DNA of 64,000 nt, from assembly GCA_016935665.1 (NCBI GenBank), contig JAFGQN010000148.1:69384-133383 (forward strand), written 5' to 3'. Shown in pieces: positions 1 through 9,356 of this stretch; within the stretch, counting starts at the first letter, position 1, and each line of letters begins with the position of its first letter. Source of the DNA: Deltaproteobacteria bacterium (GTDB lineage Bacteria; Myxococcota_A; Polyangia; JAAYKL01). The notes under the pieces were generated by a model. The model searched no databases and was not told the DNA's origin. It saw only the letters and a program-made list of their open reading frames with translations. The position numbers and the translations under genes are program-made.

Positions 1-2
1 AG

Positions 3-104
3 AGAGTGGTTACGCGCGGGCAATACAGTCTGAAAGACGGCGACAAGGTAAGGGTGTACAGCGACGATAAGGGAACACTGGACACGGCGGAGGCTGCGCA
101 ATGA
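3..104 (+). CDS. C-terminal end of a periplasmic adaptor (membrane-fusion) subunit of an RND efflux system; partial, 5' end lies outside the window
   Basis: The frame is open from the window edge and ends ...RVVTRGQYSLKDGDKVRVYSDDKGTLDTAEAAQ*. Its TGA overlaps the ATG of the downstream RND permease (ATGA), the usual MFP-to-permease operon arrangement. Confidence 0.4.
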   Translation, partial: RVVTRGQYSLKDGDKVRVYSDDKGTLDTAEAAQ

Positions 105-3100
105 GTCTCTCCACGTTATCGGTGCGCCGCGGCGTTACCTTTGGCATGCTGTTTTTGCTCATCTTTTTGTTTGGCGTGTATTCGCTCTCCCGGCTGCAGC
201 TGGATTTGTATCCGGAGATGACGTTTCCCGCAGTACTCATCATGACCAATTATACCGGCGCCAGCCCTGAAGACGTGGAAAATCTGGTGACGCGTCCCAT
301 CGAGGAAGGTGTGGCGACTGTAAAAGGTATCGAGAAAATTTCCTCGCAGTCCAAACAGGGCGCATCCATTGTGACTGTGGAATTCGGCTGGGACAAGGAT
401 ATGGACCAGGCCGAGACCGATGTGCGTCGCAAAATGGATATGGTGACCCAGTTACCGGACGATGCCACGGTGCCCATTATTGTGGCCATGGATCCGGCCA
501 TGCAGCCGGTAGTGATGCTGACAGTAAACGGTGAGTATTCGCTGGTGAAACTGAAAGAACTGGCCGAGAACAATGTGTGCGAGAGGATTGAACGACTGGA
601 TGGGGTGGCGGCCTGCGACGCCATGGGCGGGATGGACCGGGAGATTCGGGTGTCGCTGAGGCCCGACAGCCTTGCCGCGTATGGGGTGGATGTTCAAACC
701 ATTATGACCGCCATTGGGATGGGCAATATTCAGGAGCCTGGTGGCGCCATTGACCAGGGCACACGCTCGTTCAATATTCAGACCACAGGCAAGTATCAGT
801 CGGTTGAGGAAGTGAAAAATGTGGTCATCGCCCAGCGCATGACGCAGGCGGGAAAGTCATCGCCCCTGTACCTGCATCAGGTGGCCGATGTGATGGACAT
901 GTTTTCCGAGGAAACACAGACCATCGAGGTGGATGGACGGCCGTCGGTATGGATAATTGTTCGAAAACAATCCGGTTTCAACACGGTAAAAGCCGCCGAC
1001 GCCACTATGGCGGAAATTGCGCGCATTAGGGTCGAAAGGGGGGACAGTCTCTCCTTTGGGGTGCTGTTTAACCAGGCCGATTTCATAAATGCATCCATTG
1101 GCAATCTGTCCACCACTGCGTTCATGGCTATTGGCATTTCTTTTTTGGTGCTGCTCTTCTTTTTAAGAAATCTTCGCAGTGCGCTTATTGTGTCCACTGC
1201 GATTCCGCTTTCGGTAGTGGCCACGTTTGCTGTGATGAATCAGATGAAAATGACACTGAATGTCATATCCATGGCGGGATTGGCGCTGTCGGTAGGAATG
1301 CTGGTGGACAATGCCATTGTGGTGCTGGACAATGTGTTTCGGCACCGTCAGCAGGGGATGCCCATTCGGGAAGCGGCCGTACAGGGTGCCAGGGAGGTAT
1401 CCATGGCGGTGACAGCGTCCACTCTGACCACGGTGGCTGTGTTTTTGCCCATTCTGTTTGTCCCAGGCATTGCCGGCGTCATTTTTAAGGACATGGCGGT
1501 CACCATTTGCTTTGCACTCAGCGTATCGCTCATTGTGGCCATCAGTTTTATCCCGCTGGCGGCATCAAGATTGCTGGCGTTCAAAAAGAAAAACGGAAAA
1601 AGCGAGCGGAAGGATGCCACACGGCGCATCGAAGGCCCTTATGGTCGGTTCCTCGCACATGCGCTGTCGAGACGGTGGATTGTCATGCTGGGCCTTGGCG
1701 CGTTGATTGGAACGACTGCAATGGTGGCTACCACCATGCCCACGGATTTCATGGCCCGCAACGATCACTCCATGGTGTTCGCGAAAATTAAAGCGCCGGT
1801 GGGCAGCAATCTTGAAGAGACAACGCGATACACCCACGAAGCCGTTGCCGCGGTGGAAGAGGCGATTGTGTTGAAGGATCGCAAACTCATTGCCGCGGAA
1901 ATTGGGACTGGAGACGGTTTTACCGCGCTCTTTTCAGAGGGGGTTCACTCCGCCACGTTGCGTATTCCCCTCTCGTCGGTATCGGCGCGGGACACATCAC
2001 AGGCAGAATATGAAGCCAGACTGCGTGAACAATTGTCGGAAATACCCGATTTGGAGTTCTCGGTGGAACAGCCCAATCCCACCGGTGGCAGCGGGGATAT
2101 GGAAATCAATATTCGGGGACATGATCTCGACGAGTTGCGACGTGTGGGGCGCGAACTGACAGATATGCTGGCCGCATTGCCCGAGATGGCGCAGGTGGAT
2201 TTTTCCTTTTCAGATCCCACGCCACAGGTGAACGTGGTGTTTGAACGGGACAAAATGGCGCGCATGGGTATTTCCACCGCAGCAGTGGGGTCGGCGGTGG
2301 CGACTTTTTTTCTTGGCAAGACAGCGGCGTTTTTTTCAGATGGTGACAATGAATACAAAATTTATGTGCGGTTTGAAAAACGCTATCGTCAGGATGTGCG
2401 GGAACTGGAACGGATGCCCGTCCCAACGCCCGCCGGGAAGACAGTGCCACTTTGGAACATTGCCAGTATTACCTTTGGTCCAGGGCCGGTGACCATTTCC
2501 AGAAAGAATCAGCAGCGGATGGTCACCATCGCCTGCTCGTTAAAGGATACATACATCGGCAAAGACGGCAAGCCCCATGGCAAGGATTTGGGCGCCTCCA
2601 TTGCCCGTGTGCAAAAGCGGCTGAATGCCTACAACTGGCCCGATGAAATGGGATTTGAAGTGGGCGGCACAGCGGAAGACTTTATTGAATCGTTTATCGC
2701 GCTGGGATTCGCGTTAATGGTGTCGGTGCTGCTGGTGTATATGGTGATGGCCAGCCAGTTTGAGTCATTTAGAGAGCCGTTTATCATTCTGTTTACAGTG
2801 CCGCTGGCGCTCATTGGAGTGGTGCTTATCTTTTCCATCACAGGCAACAACCTCGATGTGTCTGCCCTCATTGGCGTGATTATGCTGGTGGGCATCGTGG
2901 TGAATAACGGCATTGTGATGGTGGATGCCGCCAATCAGCGCCGCAATGATGGTTTGGATCGCAAAGCGGCGGTGGTATCTGCCGCACAAACGCGTTTGCG
3001 GCCGGTGCTGATGACCAGCTTTACTACGATTTGCTCCATGATTCCTCTGGCGATGGGCATCGGTGAAGGATCGGAGTCGTGGAAAGGGATGGCTCAGTCG

Positions 3101-3202
3101 GTGGTGGGGGGCATGAGTACCGCCACATTGCTGACGCTGGTGGTGGTACCCACGTTTTACACCTTTTTTGCACGAAAAAAAGCAAAGGCGTCAGCACGAT
3201 GA
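101..3202 (+). CDS. RND efflux transporter permease subunit (AcrB/HAE-type), 1033 aa
   Basis: The N-terminus MSLSTLSVRRGVTFGMLFLLIFLFGVYS...LDLYPEMTFPAVLIMTNYTGASPEDVENLVTRPIEE is the canonical RND start. The length and the 12-TM/two-large-loop organisation are typical, and several hydrophobic C-terminal helices are visible. Confidence 0.85.
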   Translation: MSLSTLSVRRGVTFGMLFLLIFLFGVYSLSRLQLDLYPEMTFPAVLIMTNYTGASPEDVENLVTRPIEEGVATVKGIEKISSQSKQGASIVTVEFGWDKDMDQAETDVRRKMDMVTQLPDDATVPIIVAMDPAMQPVVMLTVNGEYSLVKLKELAENNVCERIERLDGVAACDAMGGMDREIRVSLRPDSLAAYGVDVQTIMTAIGMGNIQEPGGAIDQGTRSFNIQTTGKYQSVEEVKNVVIAQRMTQAGKSSPLYLHQVADVMDMFSEETQTIEVDGRPSVWIIVRKQSGFNTVKAADATMAEIARIRVERGDSLSFGVLFNQADFINASIGNLSTTAFMAIGISFLVLLFFLRNLRSALIVSTAIPLSVVATFAVMNQMKMTLNVISMAGLALSVGMLVDNAIVVLDNVFRHRQQGMPIREAAVQGAREVSMAVTASTLTTVAVFLPILFVPGIAGVIFKDMAVTICFALSVSLIVAISFIPLAASRLLAFKKKNGKSERKDATRRIEGPYGRFLAHALSRRWIVMLGLGALIGTTAMVATTMPTDFMARNDHSMVFAKIKAPVGSNLEETTRYTHEAVAAVEEAIVLKDRKLIAAEIGTGDGFTALFSEGVHSATLRIPLSSVSARDTSQAEYEARLREQLSEIPDLEFSVEQPNPTGGSGDMEINIRGHDLDELRRVGRELTDMLAALPEMAQVDFSFSDPTPQVNVVFERDKMARMGISTAAVGSAVATFFLGKTAAFFSDGDNEYKIYVRFEKRYRQDVRELERMPVPTPAGKTVPLWNIASITFGPGPVTISRKNQQRMVTIACSLKDTYIGKDGKPHGKDLGASIARVQKRLNAYNWPDEMGFEVGGTAEDFIESFIALGFALMVSVLLVYMVMASQFESFREPFIILFTVPLALIGVVLIFSITGNNLDVSALIGVIMLVGIVVNNGIVMVDAANQRRNDGLDRKAAVVSAAQTRLRPVLMTSFTTICSMIPLAMGIGEGSESWKGMAQSVVGGMSTATLLTLVVVPTFYTFFARKKAKASAR

Positions 3203-3384
3203 CGTTCTCTTATTTGCCAGACGGCACGCAGACGGTGACTCTGGTTGAAGCGCTCCGGTTGGCCAGTGAACGCAATCTGACGCTGAAGCAGATGCAGCGG
3301 TCAGCGACCAGAGCACAGGCGCAGTTGAAACAGGCGCGCTCTGAGTCTGTTGGAAAGTGTGGGGAATCGCCCCATGGATGGTAG
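3199..3384 (+). pseudogene. Truncated outer-membrane-factor (TolC/OprM-family) gene; only the first 62 codons remain
   Basis: The ATG overlaps the RND stop (ATGA). The product MTFSYLPDGTQTVTLVEALRLASERNLTLKQMQRSATRAQAQLKQARSE matches the conserved OMF N-terminal motif (L-x-L-x-E-A-x-x-x-A-x-x-N-N-x-D-L). The frame hits TAG after 62 aa, whereas OMFs are about 450 aa. Confidence 0.6.
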
Positions 3385-3407
3385 TGACGCAGGTCGCACA
3401 GGAGCTG

Positions 3408-3992
3408 CTATTTTTCCATATTCGGCGCGGTAATAACCGGGGGATACATCTGGCTGAAGGTGCCAGGAAGTGTGAGCGGATCCGAGAAGAACAATATCGC
3501 CACCAGCCCAAGGAACGCCAGCAGAATCAGGATGATGGCGGCCGCCAGCGTTATCGCTTTGGGCTCTGCAATGACTAATGTGTCATCGTTTGGCTGATTC
3601 GCCTGAATGAGAGTGATGTTCTTTGTATAGTCCATGATGCGAATACGGGTACTGTCCACCACAGCGTCGAATGCGGGAGCCCACCCATCCAGGTGAATAC
3701 GCCAGCGCGTGTTTTTTTCAATCTCTTCAACGATATGCGCTGGCCACCAGTGTCCTTCCCATTCCGCTGCCACATTGTCTCCCACCTGGAAATCCGTCAC
3801 CTGTGCGGGCATGGGAGGGTCGAGAAAGTGGTGGTGTTGGCCGCAATGAGCACAGCGCATTTCATGCTCCATCTCAAGTGCGTAGAGTGGCATGCCGCAA
3901 TTGTCGCACGGCAACTGGTGTGGTTCGGAGTGAAATCCCATTGGCTGGGACTGCGGATTTGAATCCGTGGATTCATGTGTTTCAAACGCCAT
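3408..3992 (-). CDS. Membrane-anchored protein with an N-terminal C4 zinc ribbon and a Tudor/Agenet-like beta-barrel (WEGHWW motif); paralogue of 5141..5911
   Basis: The start MAFETHE... is preceded by AAGGGGGAA 7 nt upstream. A zinc ribbon (CDNCGMP...x15...CAHCGQ) is followed by GDNVAAEWEGHWWPAHIVEEIEKNTRWRIHLDGWAPAFDAVVDSTRIRI and one TM helix (AITLAAAIILILLAFLGLVAILFF). Confidence 0.6.
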   Translation of the reverse strand: MAFETHESTDSNPQSQPMGFHSEPHQLPCDNCGMPLYALEMEHEMRCAHCGQHHHFLDPPMPAQVTDFQVGDNVAAEWEGHWWPAHIVEEIEKNTRWRIHLDGWAPAFDAVVDSTRIRIMDYTKNITLIQANQPNDDTLVIAEPKAITLAAAIILILLAFLGLVAILFFSDPLTLPGTFSQMYPPVITAPNMEK

Positions 3993-4134
3993 GATATTCC
4001 CCCTTGATGCAACGTCTAAAACTGTTTGGGGCACATTCCCCAATTAAAAAATTAATCACCTCAGTCGATGGTGTCACATGGGTCAACGCAGACGTCTCAG
4101 GGTGAAATTAAACCTGGGTTTCCAATACCTTGTT

Positions 4135-4977
4135 TTAGTGGGTGGCAGACTGAAACAGCTCGTTCAAAAAGGTTTGCAGTGCCTGCGAGATTTTTGCACG
4201 AGAAACTGTAACCACATCATTGTGGCCACCAGGCAACTCCACGAATGTTTTGGGGCCAGGGGCCGCTTCAAAGAGTTGGCGGCCATGGGAAAACGGAATG
4301 GTTTTATCGTCTAGTCCGTGAAAAAAAAGGACCGGCTGCTGAATGGATTTAATGTGTTTCAGATTGGGGTACTCATATTTTGAGAGAAGCCGAATGGGCA
4401 AAAATGGGTATGCGGCCTGTCCCGCGTCGGGAACTGCGGTAAAAGTGGACATCAGAATCAATCCCGCGAAACGAACTCGGGATGCCAGATGAGTAGCTAC
4501 ACCGCCTCCCAGCGAACGGCCGAATATAACGATGCGTTCGGGGGCGATTTGCCGTTGTTCCCTGAGCAGGTCCCACGCCGCGGTCACATCTTCAACAGTT
4601 CCTTTTTCCGATGGACTTCCCTCGCTCTTTCCGTATCCCCGGTAATCAAATATGAAAACGTTGACATGCAGTTCATGGAACAGGGTCAACAATTGCTCGC
4701 GCCCGGAGATATTGCCGGCGTTGCCGTGGCAAAAGAGGATTGTCGGTGCATCGTCGTCGCCTTTTAAAAACCATCCATGCAGAGCCGTATTGTCTTTTGC
4801 GCGAAATGCAATGTCTTCAAATGGAATTCCCCAGTCATCGGGGGTGGCCACAATATCAGAGGTCGGATGATAGACCATGTCGGCTTGTTTGATGTAAATG
4901 GCAACACACAAAAAGAGGTACACCGATACAATGATGATTGGAATCCAGAACATCATTTTTTTAAACATCTTTTTCAT
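4135..4977 (-). CDS. Membrane-anchored alpha/beta-hydrolase (serine hydrolase, GxSxG)
   Basis: An N-terminal TM helix is followed by HGNAGN (oxyanion-hole region) and the GRSLGG nucleophile elbow, then a downstream Asp/His region (FFHGLDD...GGHND). Confidence 0.75.
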   Translation of the reverse strand: MKKMFKKMMFWIPIIIVSVYLFLCVAIYIKQADMVYHPTSDIVATPDDWGIPFEDIAFRAKDNTALHGWFLKGDDDAPTILFCHGNAGNISGREQLLTLFHELHVNVFIFDYRGYGKSEGSPSEKGTVEDVTAAWDLLREQRQIAPERIVIFGRSLGGGVATHLASRVRFAGLILMSTFTAVPDAGQAAYPFLPIRLLSKYEYPNLKHIKSIQQPVLFFHGLDDKTIPFSHGRQLFEAAPGPKTFVELPGGHNDVVTVSRAKISQALQTFLNELFQSATH

Positions 4978-5140
4978 GATTTCACCAACCCCTTATTTAC
5001 CTTCGGAACCCAATTTTTGCAAGTAGTGGCACAGCAAGCAGTGACCCGGGTTTTGCATGCCAAACGCATGCAGGATCCCTCCTTTACACCCGACGGGGCA
5101 ATCCATTTATTATCTGAGGCGAAATTGGTTGAAAGCTGAG

Positions 5141-5911
5141 TTATTTTACGAGGCGTATTCTGGAGCGGGGAACCACTTCATCAAATCGTTCGCCCCAGCG
5201 GTAGTATCTGACCGTGATGTCGCCCGATTGGGTATCCACTTTGAGGGCTGTTCCTTCGTACCAGTTGGTCCCCCATTTGATGTGCACTTTCTGTCCCGGA
5301 GGCACAGGTGTTTTTGCTGTTACCAAATGTTCGGAAACAGGGCCGGTGACAATTCCGGGGGGATTCATTTGAATGGTGGCATCGGGCGGATTTAAGGGTT
5401 CGGGCACCAGCCACAATACAGCAAATCCCAAAATGGCCACCAACACCAGTGCCGCTGCGGCCACAGACGACATTTCGCGGGTCTCCGTTGTTGGCTGTGG
5501 CTCTCGCGCGGTCTGTTCATCCGTCACAGGCGTGACCTGTGGATTGTCGGTAATTGCGCGGATACGAGGTGGGGTTACAACGTCATCAAACGCCGGAGCC
5601 CAGCCTTCAAAATGAATGCGCCACTGCTGCTGTGGAAGCACCTCTTCCACCACATGGGCCGACCACCAGTGCCCCTCCCATTCCACGGCGACTCTGTCCC
5701 CCGCATGAAACTCCGGATTCAGAGTAGGGGCAGGCGGTGGCAAAAAGTGGTGACGCTGACCGCAAAACGAACAAATCAAATCGTCTGTACCTGAGTTGGG
5801 AAGCAGCGGCATACCGCAGTTGGCACAAGGTGGCTGATGCGCATCCAGATGTTTCGCTGCCTGTTCCGCAAGTAACATTGATTCCCGAAAGGTTGGTGTT
5901 TCAAACGTCAT
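5141..5911 (-). CDS. Membrane-anchored zinc-ribbon protein with two Tudor-like domains (one cytoplasmic, one beyond the TM helix); paralogue of 3408..3992
   Basis: The start MTFETPTF is preceded by AAAGGGGGG 6 nt upstream, the same start context as the paralogue. It contains CANCGMP...CSFCGQ, then GDRVAVEWEGHWWSAHVVEEV...WRIHFEGWAPAFDDVVTPPRIRAI, a TM helix (AAAALVLVAILGFAVLWLV) and a second Tudor-like unit (QKVHIKWGTNWYEGTALKV...ITVRYYRWGERFDEVVPRSRIRLV). Confidence 0.6.
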   Translation of the reverse strand: MTFETPTFRESMLLAEQAAKHLDAHQPPCANCGMPLLPNSGTDDLICSFCGQRHHFLPPPAPTLNPEFHAGDRVAVEWEGHWWSAHVVEEVLPQQQWRIHFEGWAPAFDDVVTPPRIRAITDNPQVTPVTDEQTAREPQPTTETREMSSVAAAALVLVAILGFAVLWLVPEPLNPPDATIQMNPPGIVTGPVSEHLVTAKTPVPPGQKVHIKWGTNWYEGTALKVDTQSGDITVRYYRWGERFDEVVPRSRIRLVK

Positions 5912-6081
5912 TGTTACCCCCCTTTGTCCGACGTTCAAGGGTTTGGGCGGGGCTGTAACCCTTTATCAATTTAATCACCTGCAAATTTATTGTCACATGG
6001 GTTAATCGACGCGACGTGGGTCAAAATGTGCACAGAAAATTATGGCAAACTGAAGGAGAAAAGGGAGAGGGAAGCGTTGTT

Positions 6082-8004
6082 TTACAGTTTGTCTTTTACA
6101 GCGTCCACGACCGCGGCTACGGATTCCTTTGGGCTTTGCTGTTCTGTATCAACGACCAAATCCGGGTTCACGGGTGGCTCGTAGGCAGCTGAAACGCCGG
6201 TGAAGTTGGGAATTTCTCCCTTGTCCGCCTTGGCGTACAGGCCGTCCTTGTCTCGCTTGCGACATTCATCAATGCTGCAGTTTACGTGAACCTCTGTGAA
6301 CGCGCCGTCGGGCATCAGCGCCCGTGCGAAATCCCGCATCTCTTTTCGCGGTGAAATCAGCGAGCAAATGACCACCTGTCCAGCATCGCTGGCCAGACGG
6401 GCCATATGCGCGATTCGGCGAACGCTCTCGCGTCTGTCTCTTTCGCTGAAGCCCAGGTCACCGCAGATACCGTGTCTGGCCACGTCGCCATCCAGATTGA
6501 AAACCTGTTTGCCCTGTTCAAACAACGTCTGCGCGACGCCCCTGGCAATCGTGGACTTCCCGGAACGAACATGACCGGTCAGCCAGATAACGTGTCCTTT
6601 GTGACCGTTTCGCGCTTCGCGCTCGGCGCGAGTCACCGTCACGTTTTCTTTGATGATATTCATGGACGCGCCAGTGAACATCAAATCATCCCGATTGGAC
6701 TCGGTGCGTGAGGACGCGTATCGTACCATTCCCGCCGCAACAGTAAGATTGTTGGCCGGATCGATTAAAATGAAACTGCCTGTTTCGCGATTGTTTTTGT
6801 AGGGATCAAGAAACAGAGGCATCGCCGTCTCGATGACCACACGACCAATCTCATTGAGTTTCAACGTGTCTGCTTCCTTGTTTCGGTGCAGCGTGTTGAC
6901 ATCAATCAGATAGCGCAATTCACGGATATACCCCTGAACGTTGCGTGATGTGTGTTGCACGATATACGGCGTTCCGGAATCCAGCGGTCGTTGGTCATCC
7001 ATCCAGCACAGGGTTGCTTCAAATTTATTTTCCACCCGTGGCAGGTTGTTCTTTCGAACGATCATTTCGCCGCGACTAATATCGATTTCGTCTTCCAGTG
7101 TCAAAACAACCGACTCGCCTGCCACAGCTTCCTGCTGATTGCCATCAAAGGAAACAATTTCCTTGATTTTAGAAGTCTTCCTGGAAGGCAGCGCCACAAT
7201 CTCTTCGCCCACGGCAATGGTGCCCGATGGGATGCGTCCCGAGAATCCGCGGAAGTTGAGGTGTGGACGAACCACATACTGAACCGGGAAACGAAAATCG
7301 ATGAGATTGTGATCAGACGAAATGACCACGTTTTCCAGATGATGCATGACGGTGGGGCCCGTATACCACGGGGTTCGCTCAGAACGATCTACCACATTGT
7401 CGCCATCCAATGCGGAAATGGGGACAAAAATCATGTCCGGAATATCGAGCTTGGTCGCAAACGCTGTAAAATCTTTGACGATTTTGTCGTAGACGCCTTT
7501 GTCAAAATCTACCAAATCCATTTTGTTCACGCACACCAGCACGTGGGGGATGCCCAGCAGCGACGCGATAAATCCGTGTCGTTTGGACTGGGTAAGAACG
7601 CCAAGCCGTGCGTCGATTAGAATAATCGCCAAATCCGCGGTGGAGGCTCCTGTCACCATATTTCGGGTGTATTGCTCATGCCCGGGGGTGTCGGCGATAA
7701 TGAATTTTCGCTTTGGGGTGGCAAAATAGCGATAGGCCACGTCAATGGTGATTCCCTGTTCACGCTCAGACCGCAGACCGTCGGTCAGAAGCGCCAGGTT
7801 GACCCCTTCTTCACCGCGCAGTTTGCTCGATTCTTCGAGCGCGTCCATCTGATCCTGGAATATGGCTTTGGAGTCAAACAGGAGCCGGCCAATCAGCGTG
7901 CTTTTTCCATCGTCAACACTGCCGGCAGTGGTAAAACGAAGCAGCTCCTTGTTCAGATATTCTTCAACATCGTAGTTACTTGTATTTTCAATTTTTGTAT
8001 TCAT
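6082..8004 (-). CDS. cysNC: Bifunctional sulfate adenylyltransferase subunit 1 / adenylylsulfate kinase (CysN-CysC fusion)
   Basis: The N-terminus has the GTPase motifs of CysN (GSVDDGKSTLIGRLL, DTPGHEQYTRNM, NKMDL). The C-terminal roughly 190 aa are APS kinase (LTGHVRSGKSTIA P-loop, ...NFTGVSAAYEPP). Confidence 0.9.
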   Translation of the reverse strand: MNTKIENTSNYDVEEYLNKELLRFTTAGSVDDGKSTLIGRLLFDSKAIFQDQMDALEESSKLRGEEGVNLALLTDGLRSEREQGITIDVAYRYFATPKRKFIIADTPGHEQYTRNMVTGASTADLAIILIDARLGVLTQSKRHGFIASLLGIPHVLVCVNKMDLVDFDKGVYDKIVKDFTAFATKLDIPDMIFVPISALDGDNVVDRSERTPWYTGPTVMHHLENVVISSDHNLIDFRFPVQYVVRPHLNFRGFSGRIPSGTIAVGEEIVALPSRKTSKIKEIVSFDGNQQEAVAGESVVLTLEDEIDISRGEMIVRKNNLPRVENKFEATLCWMDDQRPLDSGTPYIVQHTSRNVQGYIRELRYLIDVNTLHRNKEADTLKLNEIGRVVIETAMPLFLDPYKNNRETGSFILIDPANNLTVAAGMVRYASSRTESNRDDLMFTGASMNIIKENVTVTRAEREARNGHKGHVIWLTGHVRSGKSTIARGVAQTLFEQGKQVFNLDGDVARHGICGDLGFSERDRRESVRRIAHMARLASDAGQVVICSLISPRKEMRDFARALMPDGAFTEVHVNCSIDECRKRDKDGLYAKADKGEIPNFTGVSAAYEPPVNPDLVVDTEQQSPKESVAAVVDAVKDKL

Positions 8005-8019
8005 GGTATTGCCGCCCGT

Positions 8020-8910
8020 TTAGAAGTAACCCTGTTTTTTGCGATCTTCCATCGCAGCCTCTGTTCGTTTGTCATCCGCCCGTGTTCCGCGTTCCGTGGT
8101 TCGCGTGGCAGCCACTTCCCATATGATGTCGCGCACTGTGTCAGCGCGTGATTCCACTGCGCCTGTGCAGGTCATGTCGCCGATGGTTCTGAATCGAACC
8201 ACTTTTTCGGCGACTTCTTCGTGGGGATGTCGCTCCATAATATCGGACGCGAAATAGATGACTTCGTCTCTCTCAAAGACGTTACGTTTGTGGCTGAAAT
8301 ACAGGGAGGGCATGGGAATGTTCTCCAGCTCAATGTACTGCCAAACGTCCAGCTCTGTCCAGTTGCTGATGGGGAACACGCGGAAGTGCTCCCCTTTCTT
8401 TTTCTGACCGTTAAAAATGTTCCAGAGTTCGGGACGCTGATTCTTGGGATCCCATTGGCCAAAGCTGTTTCTGAATGAAAAGAAACGTTCTTTGGCGCGG
8501 GCTTTTTCTTCGTCGCGCCGTGCGCCACCAAGGGCCGCATCAAACTTAAACTCATTAATCGCATCGAGCAGCGTCGTGGTTTGAAGCGCATTTCGGCTGG
8601 CCCCGATTCCCGTCTCTTCCACGACACGGCCGGCATCGATGGACGCCTGTACTGTTCGCACGATGAGATTGGCGCCAATTTCCTTCAGGTACTCATCCCG
8701 GTAATCCAGAGTTTCCTGGAAATTATGCCCGGTATCGATATGCATCAGAGGGAACGGGATTTTTCCTGGGTGAAACGCTTTGCGGGCAAGGTGCGCCATA
8801 CAGATGGAATCCTTCCCTCCAGAAAAAAGAAGGACAGGTCTTTCCGCTTGAGCAGCCACTTCCCGAATAACGTAGATTGCTTCAGATTCCAGTTGTTTCA
8901 AGTGATTCAT
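8020..8910 (-). CDS. cysD: Sulfate adenylyltransferase subunit 2 (CysD)
   Basis: LLFSGGKDSICMAHLARKAF (PP-loop), ...ARRDEEKARAKERFFSFRNSFGQWDPKNQRPELWNIFNGQ..., and the C-terminus ...KRQGYF is nearly identical in pattern to E. coli CysD. It lies 16 bp upstream of cysNC on the same strand. Confidence 0.9.
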   Translation of the reverse strand: MNHLKQLESEAIYVIREVAAQAERPVLLFSGGKDSICMAHLARKAFHPGKIPFPLMHIDTGHNFQETLDYRDEYLKEIGANLIVRTVQASIDAGRVVEETGIGASRNALQTTTLLDAINEFKFDAALGGARRDEEKARAKERFFSFRNSFGQWDPKNQRPELWNIFNGQKKKGEHFRVFPISNWTELDVWQYIELENIPMPSLYFSHKRNVFERDEVIYFASDIMERHPHEEVAEKVVRFRTIGDMTCTGAVESRADTVRDIIWEVAATRTTERGTRADDKRTEAAMEDRKKQGYF

Positions 8911-9196
8911 CAGTTGTTCCTTTTGACGAATGATTTCGTTTGTTTCTCCTGTGCGCCAGCGGCGCGGATTTCATGAGGAAAAGAGAGGTACATTTTCAGG
9001 GTTTCACTAACACTTATCATCCCGAGTGTACAGATTTTCCTGACATTTTTTGTGACCGATTACTTCAATCATATCCGCACAGTGCCCGTCTGCCGACATA
9101 TTGGGGGGGAAAAATTTATTTAACCATAAAAGCGCGTTGTCACTTAATCTGAAGTCAAACCAGTTATAAAAAAAATGGTTTAAGTAATGCATTTTC

Positions 9197-9224
9197 TTGA
9201 CCGAATTTTTGTTTTGAGTATTGT
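9197..9224 (+). promoter_or_regulatory. Candidate sigma70-type promoter for tRNA-Gly
   Basis: TTGACC (9197-9202), a 16-nt spacer, then TATTGT (9219-9224), about 17 nt upstream of the tRNA 5' end. Confidence 0.35.
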
Positions 9225-9241
9225 AACAGCATTCAAATTCG

Positions 9242-9313
9242 GCGGGATTAACTCAGCGGTAGAGTGTTAGCTTCCCAAGCTGAAAGTCGCGAGTTCGAAT
9301 CTCGTATCCCGCT
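9242..9313 (+). tRNA. tRNA-Gly (anticodon CCC)
   Basis: I folded a cloverleaf by hand: acceptor GCGGGAT/ATCCCGC, D-stem ACTC/GAGT, anticodon stem TTAGC/GCTGA with loop TTCCCAA (CCC at positions 34-36), and T-arm GCGAG-TTCGAAT-CTCGT. CCA is not encoded. Confidence 0.8.
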
Positions 9314-9321
9314 CACATAAA

Positions 9322-9356
9322 AAAGGGCTGTCCAACCGGGCGGCCCTTTTTATTTG
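9322..9356 (+). terminator. Rho-independent terminator candidate after the tRNA
   Basis: AAAAAGGGC-loop-GCCCTTTTTATTT: a GC stem flanked by an A-tract and a T-tract directly downstream of the tRNA. Confidence 0.4.

Noticed and set aside
1163-3202. Numerous short ORFs in both strands inside the RND permease gene (for example 1458..1706, 1945..2358, 2629..2934)
   Set aside because: They are embedded in a continuous 1033-codon frame with canonical RND homology, and are alternate-frame noise.
3671-3994. Plus-strand ORFs 3671..3994 and 3693..3962 antisense to the zinc-ribbon/Tudor gene
   Set aside because: They are fully embedded antisense to a better-supported CDS with SD and domain structure, and have no motifs.
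8911-9196. Possible riboswitch or leader upstream of cysD
   Set aside because: No recognisable conserved riboswitch core (SAM, S-box and the like) could be identified by eye. Left unannotated pending an Rfam/Infernal scan.
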